From: the human T2T-CHM13v2.0 reference genome, Homo sapiens | Direction: 5' to 3' (one strand) | Assembly (NCBI RefSeq): GCF_009914755.1 | Contig: NC_060933.1 | DNA length: 64,000 nt | Shown: piece by piece, positions 18,386 through 32,279 of the stretch | Numbering within the stretch: position 1 is the first letter of the stretch | Layout: every line of letters begins with the position of its first letter | The notes under the pieces: generated by a model | Seen by the model: the letters and a program-made list of their open reading frames with translations, nothing else | What the model was told of the DNA's origin: nothing | Databases searched by the model: none | Made by a program: the position numbers and the translations under genes

Positions 18386-18576
18386 ATGCGGAGCCCGTGG
18401 GTGACTTCCCCTGTGGCAAGGAGGCCCCAGCCCGGCTGTGCGAGGGCGACACTGAGTGCCGGGAGTACTGGCCAGGACCCAACTTTGGCATCACCAACTT
18501 TGACAATATCCTGTTTGCCATCTTGACGGTGTTCCAGTGCATCACCATGGAGGGCTGGACTGACATCCTCTATAAT
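18386..18576 (+). CDS. CACNA1B: CACNA1B coding exon (probably exon 6, 191 nt): domain I extracellular loop and pore loop
   Basis: tgcag|AT acceptor, AAT|gtgagt donor. [64 protein letters not shown] includes the TMEGW selectivity-filter glutamate. Confidence 0.98.
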
Positions 18577-21349
18577 GTGAGTGGCGTCTTGGCCCTGGGC
18601 CTGAGGGCAGGCCCTGGACCTCCTGAGCTGGTGCCTCTGGGGGTCCATTTAGGGGGGCCCTTCTGACCTCAGAGCCTCTGCCCAGCCCTAGGCTCCTCCC
18701 TGCACCCCTAGGATGAAATGCAGGCTCTTTCCGGCAGACGCCCCACCCAAGGGTCCACCACAGGCAGCCTCAGCTCAGACTCCTGAGGTGGGTCCTCCTG
18801 GAGTTGACTCCTTCGTGAAAATGAAGCAGAAGGCTGACTGGTGGAGGTCAGAGAAGAAAACTCCAGAGGAGATGCTGCTGTTTCTGTTGGCAAGGACGAT
18901 AGTAGCACTGCTAGCTGCTCTGGGTTAGGCCCTCTGGGAAGTGTTTTATTCCTGTTGACTCCTCTCAGGAACCTGTTGCACAGATGATGAGGCTGACTTG
19001 TGGAGAAGCTGACTAACTTTCTCCAGCCCGAGGACCATGGGCAGCTGTTGCTGTGCCACCCCTCTAGGGTCTCTGTTGGAGTTGAGGGACAGTAGGGCTG
19101 CTGGGCCTCCCGTCCCCAGGCTGCCCGGCGAAGGTGGTGAACCGCGGAGCAGGGCCGAGGCCCCCAAGACCTTCCTCGGTCACGCAGGGATTCTTAGAGT
19201 GGAGCCTGTGGCTTGTGCATTTGTTTCCTTCATGCCGAGTCTGTCTGGTCCTGTTTCCTCTTTGGTCTCCTCGCTCTCATCAGGATGCCGGCCTGTCTCT
19301 GCAGTTTACGGCAGCCTGGATTTGGTGGCCATGATTGAAGTTGAGTATAAGGCTTGGGGGGGGTGCCTGATGGCCCAGCTCCCTCACGTTGCCTCTGCCT
19401 GGGTCCCTTCTTGGTGGAGTCTCCCATCCCCCCACCACCGACTCTTGAGCAGATCTGCCTCTTTATAGGAAGGCCTCTGCTGCTGTCTGTCCCCTCTGTG
19501 AGTCCTGTGAGCTACCAGGGCATGAGAATAATTAAGTTAGTACTTGAGGGGCTGTGGAAGGTGGAGAAGGGTCAGGCGCCTGTGGGTCAGGAATCTGGGA
19601 GGGGTGCTAGGTTTTGAGTAACTAGAGGATGTGTTCCCCTCAGGTGCTGTCAGGGTGGGGAGGGGGCCGGAGTGCAAGGTGCTTTCACCTAGAGCTTGTT
19701 ACTTGTGCCCTGGGGTGAAGCTTGGTCCACGTGTGCCTGGGAGCCTGTGCCTCTCTCCCCAGCCTCCAGCAGCTGTGCTCATGAGGGCTGGTGGCATGAT
19801 GGTGGACAGGTCCTGGGGAGAGACTGGGGCCCTTTGCCCTGTGCCTCATGCGTTCATGGAGATAGGGCTGGGCATTCAGCAGGCATTTGCTAAATGCTTA
19901 TTGAGCTCGTTTATCAAGCTTCTTGAACAGGCAGATGGCAGATGAGGAGTTAAGGAAAAGCCAGCACAGGGTCCATGTGAACCAGATTCCTCCTCGAGTG
20001 GGAGTCGTGTCTGATGACAGGCTTGTGTGATTGAGGGAATGAGGAACAGGACAAAGCCGGTGATGAGGAGCTTGGCTGTTCTCTCTCTGTAGCCAATCAA
20101 GGAACAATTCCCACAAAGACAGACCCTAAAAATAGCTCTGAGCTGGCTGCATTCCTGCTGGCCCCACCCAAATGAAGGACTGTGTGACCAGGTCTCCACA
20201 GCCCTCAGTGTCCACTGGGGCTTGGCCAGGGGCCGCACATGACTCAGATTCTTCTGCCTGGGTCTCTGCCTCCCGCAGGAGGGGATGGGCAGGAGCCCCA
20301 TCCTGGGGCAGGCAGCACTGGCCAGGAGGGGCCACAGAGGTTTCAGCCAGCATGTGTTTCAGTAGGACCCAGTGAGTGCTGGCTCCGCTTACACAGTGGT
20401 GAGCAGAGGCATTCGACACGTAAGGGCATGGACAGTGGCGAGTGCCGTGAAGAAAACAGAAGAGGTTGAGGAGCAGGCAGTGACGAGGTACAGGGTACTG
20501 GGAGGGCAAGGCCTGGTGAGGTCTAGAAACCAGACATGCAGATGCTACAACACCTTGGAAGCTTGGCCGGGGCAGCAAGATGCAGTCATGGCAGTGCCTG
20601 GGGCTGGCGCCACACAAGGCCCCAGAGCAGGTAGCCAAGAACCGACCAGTCCGCTCCTCCACACTAAGGGCATACAGGGTCGGTCACTGGAGATTAGACA
20701 GGAGTTTTGAAGAGGATCCTTTGGAGAGAGCGAGAGCCCGCCCCTCACCTCCAACCCAGTGAGAGGGACTTTTGTGGCCCCTCGGATATACGCTCCTTCA
20801 AGCAATGACATCTGGGTTCTTTGTGGGCGGAAGCCCACGGCCTGCAGTAGGGGTGGAGGCAGAGAGATGGAAAGCTCAGTCCGTGTTGGGAGCAGGAGTG
20901 GGGGTGTGAGCAACAGCGGGCAGCCAGGACCGGGTGAGTGATGGGGTCTCAGAGTGGATTGCTGAAAAGCTGGTGGCAGCGGGTGGGGCAGCGTGGGGGC
21001 ACTCCAGCTTGAGGAGAAATGGCTTTGTCTGTGCCTGGAAAAGCAGGCGGAGTCAAATGGAGCTTTGGGAGAACACACGGATGAGCCTGGGGAGAGACGA
21101 GTCGGCAGTAAATTCCTGTTAGGTCCAGAGAGGTGAGATCATCTCAGGACAGCACCGCACGAGGAATAACAGCTGTCCCTTCTCCCTCCCCTGCTGTGAT
21201 AGTGCTGGGTACAGGGGAGCAAAGAGGGGCCGTGTCTTTCTCTTCCACTGAAAGCAACCAGCTGTGGCAGGCCAGCCAGCGAGAGTGGGTATTGTCATGG
21301 TGAAGCATGTCAGTTTGATGGCCAGCTGAGACTGAGACTGGACACTTTC

Positions 21350-21642
21350 TTTTTTTTTTGAGACAGAGTCTTGCTTTGTCTCCCATGCTGGAATGCGATG
21401 GCACGATTTTGGCTCACTGCAACCTCTGCCTCCTTGGTTCAAGTGATTCTCATGCCTCAGCCTCCTAAGTAGCTGGGATTACAGGCACGAGCCACCCCAT
21501 CCAGCTAATTTTTGTATTTTTAGTGGAGACAGGGTTTCGCCATGTTGGCCAGGCTGGTCTTGAACTCCTGACCTCAAGTGATCTACCTGCCTCAGCCTCC
21601 CAAAGTGCTGGGATGACAGGCATGAGCCACCACACCTGGCCT
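21350..21642 (-). mobile_element. AluS
   Basis: Full Alu; flanking gacactttc/aacactttc direct repeat. Confidence 0.9.
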
Positions 21643-21929
21643 GAACACTTTCAACTGCCGAGTTGAAACTGTATTTTCCACTTGAAAGTGGCTGTAGAAC
21701 TTCGCCTTACCCAGGAGCTGTCAGAATGGTCATGGGCTTGTCCAAATTATCATCTAGGGGCATGGGAAGGATTTCTCCAATGACCATGTTTGGAGGCGCA
21801 GTGGAGGTAAATCATGTTGCTTTATGATTATGCACGTATGCTTTGCTTATGTTCATTGTACTAGTTCCGTGAAGATCCAAGTTTGAAAGTGTTCAGATCC
21901 ATAGCTGCATTTTGATGCTAGCACAAACA

Positions 21930-23860
21930 GGCCTTGCTCATAGAGTGGATGTGAGAGAAGGAGAAGTCTCAACGATGATGTGACTTGAGGCACTGAGAAA
22001 GGTGATGCCATTTACTAAGAAAGGGAGAATCGGGAGACACGAATTTACTTAGTTTTGTTATAGCAGAGGGTGGTGGCGGAACTCCAGGATTCTGTTTTGG
22101 CTCTGCAAAACTTTAGATAACTATTTTCATACAAGTGGAGATCTTGGGTGTGTAGGTGGGTGTTTGAGAGGGAATTCAGAGGGAACAGCAGGCTGAGGAT
22201 GAGCATTTGAAGTACTTGACTCATGGACAGTGTTTAAAACTATGTGAGAGGATGAGATCACCTGGGTAATAAGTGCAGATGGAGAAAAGAAGGCCCAAGG
22301 CTGATACTGGGGAGAATTCCAGCACTCAGAGGTCCAGTAGGAAAGCAGGAGCCACGAAAGAGATGGGGCTGGAGCTTTTAAGGGGGCAGGAAAAACACCA
22401 CGACCACACAGCATCCCGGGAGCAGAGTAAAGCGTTCGGAGAACATGGTCAGCACCACGGCCGCGCAGCATCCTGGGAGCAGAGTAAAGCGTTCGGAGAA
22501 CATGGTCAGCACCACGGCCGCGCAGCATCCTGGGAGCAGAGTAAAGCGTTCGGAGAACATGGTCAGCACCACGACCGCACAGCATCCTGGGAGCAGAGTA
22601 AAGTGTTCGGAGAACATGATCAGCACTGCAGCCGCGCAGCATCCTGGGAGCAGAGTAAAGCGTTCGGAGAACACCATCAGCACCGTGACCGCACAGCATC
22701 CTGGGAGCAGAGTAAAGCGTTCGGAGAACATGATCAACACCACGACCGCACAGCATCCTGGGAGCAGAGTAAAGCGTTCGGAGAACCTGATCAGCACCAC
22801 GACCGCACAGCATCCTGGGAGCAGAGTAAAGCGTTCGGAGAACACGATCAGCACCACGACCGCACAGCATCCTGGGAGCAGAGTAAAGCGTTCGGAGAAC
22901 ACGATCAGTACCGCGATCACACAGCGTCCTGGGAGCAGAGTAAAGCGTTCGGAGAACACGATCAGCACCACGACCGCACAGCATCCTGGGAGCAGAGTAA
23001 AGTGTTTGGAGAACATGATCAGCACTGCAGCCGCGCAGCATCCTGGGAGCAGAGTAAAGCGTTCGGAGAACATGGTCAGCACCACGGCCGCGCAGCATCC
23101 TGGGAGCAGAGTAAAGCGTTCGGAGAACATGATCAGCACCACGACCGCACAGCATCCTGGGAGCAGAGTAAAGTGTTCGGAGAACACGATCAGCACCGCG
23201 ACCGCACAGCATCCTGGGAGCAGAATAAAGCATTCGGAGAACATGATCAGCACCACGACCGCACAGCATCCTGGGAGCAGAGTAAAGCGTTCGGAGAACA
23301 TGATCAGCACCGCGATCACACAGCATCCTGGGAGCAGAGTAAAGTGCTCGGAGAACATGATCAACACCACACCGCACAGCATCCTGGGAGCAGAGTAAAG
23401 CGTTCGGAGAACATGATCAGCACCACGACCGCAAAGCATCCTGGGAGCAGAGTAAAGCGTTCGGAGAACATGATCAGCACCACGACCGCACAGCATCCTG
23501 GGAGCAGAATAAAGTGCTCGGAGAACATGATCAGCACCGCGATCACACAGCATCCTGGGAGCAGAGTAAAGCGTTCGGAGAACATGATCAACACCACACC
23601 ACACAGCATCCTGGGAGCAGAGTAAAGCGTTCGGAGAACATGATCAGCTGGGCCAGATGTTGCTGGAGGTCAAGGAAGATGGGAAGCCCGGACTGTTGCG
23701 TTTGATAAGAGGAAGGTTGTTGGTAAACTTGGCAAGGGCGGTCTCAGTGGTGGGACAACGCCCTGGAATGCGTGGGTTACAGGGAGGAGGAGGTGAGGAA
23801 ATCAGGGTGGCAACCGCAGATGACTCTTGGAGGGAGCAGAGCAGTGGGAAGTAACTGCAG
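21930..23860 (-). mobile_element. LINE2 remnant hosting the 57-bp VNTR
   Basis: Purine-rich flanks (ggatgagatcacctggg...agaaggcccaagg; atgttgctggaggtcaagg...ggaggttgttggtaaacttggcaaggg...gaggtgaggaa) resemble the antisense L2 consensus from recall. Confidence 0.7.
22396..23647. repeat. VNTR, 57 bp x 22 (caccacgaccgcacagcatcctgggagcagagtaaagcgttcggagaacatgatcag)
   Basis: 1252 bp = 20 x 57 + 2 x 56; highly homogeneous; about 4 CpG per unit. Confidence 0.98.
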
Positions 23861-24324
23861 GGAGACAGGGGTTAAGGGAATGGGCTTTTAAAAAATTAAA
23901 CTTTTAATTTAAGATAATTGTAGATTCACATGCAGTAGTGAGAAATACAGAAATAGCTCATGCATCCTTTACCCTTTTCTCCCAGTGGTGACAACCTGCA
24001 AAACTATAGTCAGGGTCACAGTTAGGATATTGATGTTGATACATCAGTATCAATGATGTTGACACAGTGAAGACGTAGAGCATCTCCATCCCTGCAGGGG
24101 TCCCTCCTGCTGCCCTTTTGTGGTCACACCCGCATCTCTCCTGCCCTCGCCCCCTCCTTAATCCCCGGCAACCACTAATCTGTTTGCCATATCTATAATT
24201 TAGTCATTTTGAGAATGTTACGTGGACAAAACCACACCAAATGTAACCTTTTGGTACTGGCTGCTTTCACTCAAACAAAATTCTCTGGAGGTTCACCCAG
24301 GTGTTGGTAGCATGTTTCCTTTTA

Positions 24325-24745
24325 CTGCCAGGTAGTATTGAGTGGTGCCAGGTGTCAATTTGTGGTGCCAGGTAGTATTCCGTGGTGCCAGGTGGTATTC
24401 CGTGGTGCCAGGTGGTATTCCGTGGTGCCAGGTGGTATTCCATGGTGCCAGGTGGTATTCCGTGGTGCCAGGTGGTATTCCATGGTGCCAGGTGGTATTC
24501 CATGGTGCCAGGTAGTATTCCGTGGCTCCAGGTGGTATTCCGTGGTGCCAGGTAGTATTCCGTGGCTCCAGGTGGTATTCCGTGGCACCAGGTGGTATTC
24601 CGTGGTGCCAGGTAGTATTCCATGGCTCCAGGTGGTATTCCGTGGCTCCAGGTGGTATTCCGTGGTGCCAGGTAGTATTCCGTGGTGCCAGGTGGTATTC
24701 CCTGGTGCCAGGTGGTATTCCGTGGTGCCAGGTAGTATTCCGTGC
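24325..24745. repeat. VNTR, 20 bp x ~21 (cgtggtgccaggtggtattc) inside L1M
   Basis: Exact 20-bp periodicity from 24341 to 24740. Confidence 0.97.
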
Positions 24746-25495
24746 TATGGCTGTACCATGGCTTGTTTAACCGTTCACCTGTGGAAGCTTCCAATTTGGG
24801 GTTATTATGAATAGAGTTGCTGTACACATTTTTGTGCAAACATAAGTTTTCATTTCTCTGGGATAAATGCCAAAGAGTGCAAATTTCTAGGTATAGTAGT
24901 TGCATGCTTAGTTTTTTAAGAAACCAAAGCTTTTCCAGAGGGCTACACTCTTTTACATTTCCACCAGTGGTGTGTGAATAGTTCAGTTTTTGTGCATTCT
25001 GGCCAGTGTTTGGTGGTGACACTTTTTTATTTTAGCCATTCTGATAGGGGTATAGTGACACATCACTGGTTTTAATTCGCATGTCCTAACAGTGAGTGGT
25101 GTTGAGCATCTTTCTGGACTTATTTGCCATCTGTGTATCTTTGGTGAAACGTCTCTTCACATCTTTTGCCCATGTTCTGTTTGAATTGTTCTTTATATAT
25201 TCTAGGAACTGGTTCTTTGTCATATATATGGTTTGCAAATATTTTCTCCTAGTCAGTAGCTTATCTTTTCATACTTTTCACCTGGTCTTTCATGGAACAA
25301 ATGTTTTTAAAATTTGATCGAGTCCAGTTTATCAATTTATCCTTTTGTGGATTGGGCTTTTGGTGTCAACTGTAAGAACTCTGCCTAGTCCTGAATCCTG
25401 AAGATTTTCTTTTTTTTTTTCTAAAAGTTGTATTGTTTTATATTTTACATGTAAGTTTACAATCTATTTTAGGTTAATAAAAGTGTGAGGTTTTT

Positions 25496-25611
25496 GCCTG
25501 CCTGCCTTCCTTCCTTCCTTCTTTCCTTCCTCCCTCCCTTCCTTCCTCCTTCCCTCCCTCCTTCCCTCCCTCTTTCCCCTCCTCCTTCCTTCCCTCCCTC
25601 CCTTCCTTCCT
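25496..25611. repeat. (CCTT/CCCT)n polypyrimidine microsatellite
   Basis: Nearly pure pyrimidine tract of ~115 bp. Confidence 0.92.
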
Positions 25612-26019
25612 GTAGCTCCAACACCCCTTGTTGAAAAGGCTGTATTTCCTCCATTGAATTGCCTTTGTACCTTTGCCAGAAATCAGCTGGACATATTTAT
25701 GTGGGTCTATTTCAGGTCCACGTGTCTTTCTCTCTGCCAATACCACGTAGTCTTGCTTATTGTAGTTACCTATATGTTTTGAAGTCAGGTTAGACTGATT
25801 CTTTCCATGTTATTCAGTTTGGGAGAATTGACATCATTACTATGTTGGATGTTCCATGTCCAATCAGAACATGTTATTTCTCTTCATATATTTAGATCAT
25901 GTTTGATTTCTTTCATTAGCATTTTGTAGTTTTCAGCATACAATATACATTTTGTTAGATTTGTAGCTATTATGTTTTCTTATTTTCTTTGAATGATTCT
26001 AATGTGTTTTGAGCACCCC

Positions 26020-26684
26020 TGGAGAAACTGGTGTTCTAGTACTAGAGTGTCCAGCAACCCTGCCCTCACAGGGGATGAAAGGAAGCGGACCTTGGTGTTG
26101 ACAGTGTACCCTTCATGGGATACTTGGATTACTTGGCAGGCAGCCAGTGCCTGGTTGTCCCGCCTGTGACCAGGGGGTTCCTGATACAGGAAGCTTGTTT
26201 ATACTGGCAGACATCCTTGTGGCTCTTGTCCGACCCGTGTCTGGTTTGTGCCTGACCAGCATTGCAGTGTTGGGAGCCCATCCTAGTTCCCCAGGGAAAA
26301 CCTGGCCAAGGGTAGCCCTGGTTCTTCAGATGGAAGGCACACATTCAGTCACCACCACAACAGGAAATAAGTTCAACGATGTATTACCTACAGATCGGCA
26401 GGGAGGGCACCGTGAGTGGGGAGCGCCATCCTCCCTCCCCAGGTTATCTGAGGCAGTAATGAAGAGTCAGAGAGGTACAGGGGGAGGCAACTGGCCATGC
26501 TAGGGAATAGGGTGTGGGTCCCTTTAAATTTGTGGGCGAATGCCTGAATGGTCTGTTTAAAGGAGGCAGCAGAAATGTGTAGTCTGCTAGGTGGGAGAGA
26601 TGCCTCTAAGTTCTTATCTCTGGCCACGTTTTGGGTGTGGTGTTCTAACACCTAGGCAGCAACCTTTGCTATGTTGTTCCCATT
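26020..26684 (-). mobile_element. Probable ERVL-class solo LTR (MER54/73/74-like)
   Basis: GC-richer island interrupting AT-rich L1; tatactggcagaca.ccttgtggctcttgtc motif recalled from this group. Family uncertain. Confidence 0.45.
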
Positions 26685-26918
26685 AGAAAATGGTATTGTA
26701 TTTTAAATTTCAGTGTCCATGTGTTCATTGCTAGTATATAGAAATACAATGGACTTTTGTATGTTGATCTTGATCATTCAACCTTACCAACTCCCTTATT
26801 AGTTCTGGGAGATTTTTTTGTAGATTCCTTGGGATCTTCTATGTTGATAATCATACAATTTGCAAACAGAAACAGTTTATTTCTTCTTTTGGATCTGCTT
26901 TTTTTTTTATTGTGCTAA

Positions 26919-27179
<261 letters not shown>

Positions 27180-29285
27180 TGATCTCCTGACCTCATGATC
27201 CGCCCACCTCGGCCTTCCAAATTGCTGGGATTACAGGCGTGAGCCACTGTACCTGGCTTCCTTTTTTCCTTTCTTTTTTTTTTTTTTTTTTTGAGACGGA
27301 GTCTCACTCTGTCGCCCAGGCTGGAGTATAGTGGCACTATCTTGGCTCACTTGCAAGCTCTGCCCCCTGGATTCAAGCGATTCTCCTGCCTCAGCCTCCC
27401 GAGTAGCTGGGATTACAGGCACCTGCCACAGTGCCCAGCTAATTTTTGTATTTTTAGTAGAGATGGGGTTTCACTATCTTGGCCAGGCTGGTCTTGAACT
27501 CCTGACCTCGTGATCCACCTGCCTCAGCCTCCCAAAGTGCTGGGATTACAGGTGTAAGCCACTGCGCCCAGCCACCTCCTTCCTTCTTAAGGCTGAGTAA
27601 TATTCCATTGTATGACATTTTGCTTATCCATTCCTCTGTCAATGGACCATTGGGTTGCTTCCATGTTTTAACTCTTACGAAGAGTGCTGCCATGAACATG
27701 GTTGTATAAATATCTCTTTGAGACCTTGCTTTCAATTCTTTTGGGTATATACCCAGAAGTGGAATTGAGGGATCATATGATAATTACATTTTTAAGTTCA
27801 TGAGGAACTGCTGTATCGTTTTGCACAATAGTTGTACCATTTGACATTCCCACCTTTTGGTGGGAATACACATGCATTTCCATTTCTGCACATCCTCACC
27901 AATACTTGTTAATTTCTGTGTTTTTGATAGTAGCCATTTTAATGTATGTGAGGTGGTATCTGCTTGTAGTTTTGATTTGCATTTCTTTAATGATTAGTGA
28001 TGTTGAGCATTTTTTCTTGCACTTATTGGCCATTTGCATGTCTTCTTTGAAGAAATGTCTGTTGGAGTTCCTTGCCCATTTTTGAATCTGTTGTTTTGGT
28101 TGTTGTTGAGTTTTAGGCATTCTCTGTATATTCTGAGTATAATCCTTTTCAGATATATGATTTACGATTTTCTCCCATTCTATGTGTGCCCTTTTTACTG
28201 AATTGATGGTGTCATTTGATGCACAACATTTTAAAATTTTCATGCAGTCTAGTTTGTCTGTTTTTTCTTTTGTTGCCTTTACCTTTGATGTCATATCCAA
28301 GAAGTCGCTGTCAAATCTAATATTGTGAAGCTTTTGACCTATGTTTTCTTTTAAGAGTTTTACTTTTTTTAGGTCTCACATTCAGGTCTTTGATCCATTT
28401 TTTATTTAATTTTTGTATATGGTGTTAGATAAGGATCCAGCTTTCTTCTTCTTTTTTTTTTTTTTGAGACAGAGTTTTGTTCTTGTTGCCCAGGCTGGAG
28501 TGCAATGGAACCCGCCTCCTGGGTTCAAGTGATTCTCCTGCCTCAGCCTCCTGAGTAGCTGGGATTACAGGCATCTGCCATTACGCCTGTCTAATTTTTG
28601 TATTTTTAGTAGAGACGGGGTTTCTCCATGTTGGTCAGACTGGTCTTGAACTCCCGACCTCAGGTGATCCGCCCACCTCGGATTTGCTGAAAAGACTGTC
28701 CTTTTACCATAAAATGGTCTTGACGCTCTTGTCAAAAATCATTTGGCCATATATGCAAGAGTTTATTTTGGGACTCTGTATTCTATCCCCTTGGTCTGCG
28801 TATCTCGATCTATGTGCGTAGCCTTATGGCACTGGCTAGAAACTTCAGCATTATGTTGAGTAAGAATGGCGAGAGCTGACATATTTGCCATGCTCCCAAT
28901 CTTAGGAAAAAGCATTTGATCTATCACAATTAAGTATAATGTTAGCTGTACGGTTGAGTTGTTGTTTTTTCTTTTGAGGTAGATGCTGTTTATCAAGTTG
29001 GGGCAGTTCTACTCTATTCTATTCTTACTTTTCTGAGAGTTTTTGTTTTGAATGGGTGTTGAATTTTGTCACATGTGTTTTCTGCACTGATATGATCATG
29101 TGAGTTTTCTTCTTTAGTCTGTTAATATGGTGAATTACATTGATTTTTGAATATTGAACCAGCCTTGCATTCCCAGAATAAATCCCACATGGTCATGGTA
29201 CCTAATTCTCTTTATGTGTTGCTGAATTGTATTTGTTAGCATTTTTACTAAGGAGTCTTACACTTATATTCATGAGGGATTTTGA

Positions 29286-29537
<252 letters not shown>

Positions 29538-30605
29538 TGATCTGCCTGCTTCAACCTCCCAAAGTGCTGGGATTACAGGCGTGAGCCCCACCGTGCCTGG
29601 CCTATGATTTTCCTTTTTTTGTATTGCCTTTGTCTGGTTTTGGTATCAAGGTAACACAAGCTTCATAAAATAAATCAGGAAGTATTTATTCCTCCTCTGT
29701 TTTCTGGAAGAGATTGTATAGAAATGTGTTATGTCTTTTAAAAACGTTTGGTAGGATTCTACTGTGAAACTCTCTGGGCTTAGAAATTTCTTTTTGGAGA
29801 TCTTTTTTTTAAATAACACTTTTGCTGCAATATAATCTGTGTACCATAAAATTCACCATTTTAAAGTTTACAGTTTACAGTTCAGAGTTTTTTGTATGTT
29901 CAAAAAGTTGTGCAGCCATCATTGTTATCTAATTTTAAGCATTTTCATTAACCAAAAAAGAAGCCCTGTATCCATGAGCCATCAGTCCCTATTTCCTTAT
30001 TCCCACAGCCTCTGGCAAGCACTAACCTTTCTGTCTCTGTAGATTTGTCTATTCCAGACATTTTATATAAATGGAATCATACAATCGGTGGCCTTTTGTG
30101 TTTTTACATCCACGATGAAGCAAGTATTGGTATTTTTTTGTCAAGTATGATTTTGTTGTGTATTTATAGCATATTTTATTTATATTTCATGAGTTGATGG
30201 ACATTTAGATATTTCCACTTTTAAAAATTATGACTAATGCTGCTATGAACATTCTTGCACAAGTTTTTGCAAGGAATATGTTTTCATTTCTCTTGGGTAT
30301 GGACCTAGGATTGGAATTACTGGATCATAGAACTCTGTGTTTAACCATTTGAGGAACCACCAAACTGTTTTCCATAGTGGCAGTACCATTTTATATTTAT
30401 ACCAGCAGTGCACAAGGGCTCCAGTTTCTCTGCATCCTTACCAGCATTTGTTGTCTGTCTGAAATTTTAACCATCAGGCCAGGAGTGGTGGTTTATGCCT
30501 ATAATCCCAGCACTTTGGGAGGCTGAGGTGGGAGGATCACTTGAGCCCAAGAATTTGAGACCAGCCTGGGCACCATAGCAAGACCCTGTCTCTACAAAAA
30601 CATTA

Positions 30606-30758
<153 letters not shown>

Positions 30759-31032
30759 TTAAAACAGTAATAATAAAACTAAAAAATAAGACAATTTTCA
30801 CCATCTTAGTGGGCATGAAGTGGTATTTCTGTTCAGTTTTGACTTGCATTTCTAAAGTGACTTATTTTTATTTTTGGGACAGGGTCTTACTGTGTCACTC
30901 AGGCTGGAGTACAGGGGCATGGTCATAGCTCACTGTAGCCTCAATTTCCTGGGCTCAAGTAATCCTCCCACCTCAGCTTGGGAGAGTAGCCAAGACCACA
31001 GGTGCACACTGCCAAGCCTGGCTAATTTTTAA

Positions 31033-31395
<363 letters not shown>

Positions 31396-32279
31396 TGATT
31401 ATTTAGACTTCCTTCTTTTGTGAGGTGGACATGTAGGTCTATATGTTTTCCTCTGGCACTGCTTTAGCTGTGTCCTGCAATTTGATGTGTTGTCTCTTCA
31501 CTTTCATTCAGTTCAATGTATTTTTAAATTCCCTTGAAATTTCCTCTTTGACCTATGAGATTATTATATAGAACTGTCTTGTTTACTTTGTGTTTGGAGA
31601 GTTACCTGTTATCTTTCTGTTATTAATTTCTAGTTTGATTCTATTGTGGTGGGAGAATACACTAAACTGAAAGAATTTTAATTTTAAATTTGTTGACGTT
31701 TGTTACATGGCTCGGAATATGGTCTATTTTGATATTTATTTTGTGGGCACTTGGAAAGAATGTATATTCTGCTGTTGTGTGCTGCATGTACAGATGTTGA
31801 TTGATTCTTTTGGTTGATGGTGTTGTTGAGCTCTTTTATATCCTTGCTGGTTTTCTGTCTATTCTACAAATTGTTAAGAGAGAGGTGTAGAAGTCTCCAG
31901 CTTTAATTGCAGATTTGTCTGTTTCTCTTTTCAGTTCTGTCAGTTTCTGTATCACTTATTTTGCAGCTCTGTTGTTGAGTATACACATATTTAGACTTGC
32001 TATTTTTTTTTGATGGATTGACCTTTTTATCATTATATACATGTTTCCCTGTGTCTCGGGTAATTTTGTTTTACTGGGAGGTTTGCTTTATCTGATATTA
32101 ATCTAGCCACTCCAATTTAAAAAAATTAATCTTTGTATAAATCTTTTTTTATATTTTTACATTTTTTTGGAGACAGTCTCACTGTCACCCAGGATGGAGT
32201 TTAGTGGTGTGATGGTGTGCAATCTCAGCTCATTGCAGCCTCACCCTTCCACACTGAAGGAATCTTCTACATTAGATGG

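Noticed and set aside
22127-23625. Long ORFs (317-450 aa) on both strands with 19-aa repeats
   Set aside because: A by-product of a 57-bp (3n) unit that lacks stops in several frames; intronic, with no promoter or splice support and no protein-family resemblance.
22396-23647. CRISPR-like appearance (constant segment plus variable segment)
   Set aside because: The variable parts are point variants of one sequence, not unique spacers; no cas genes; eukaryotic intron.
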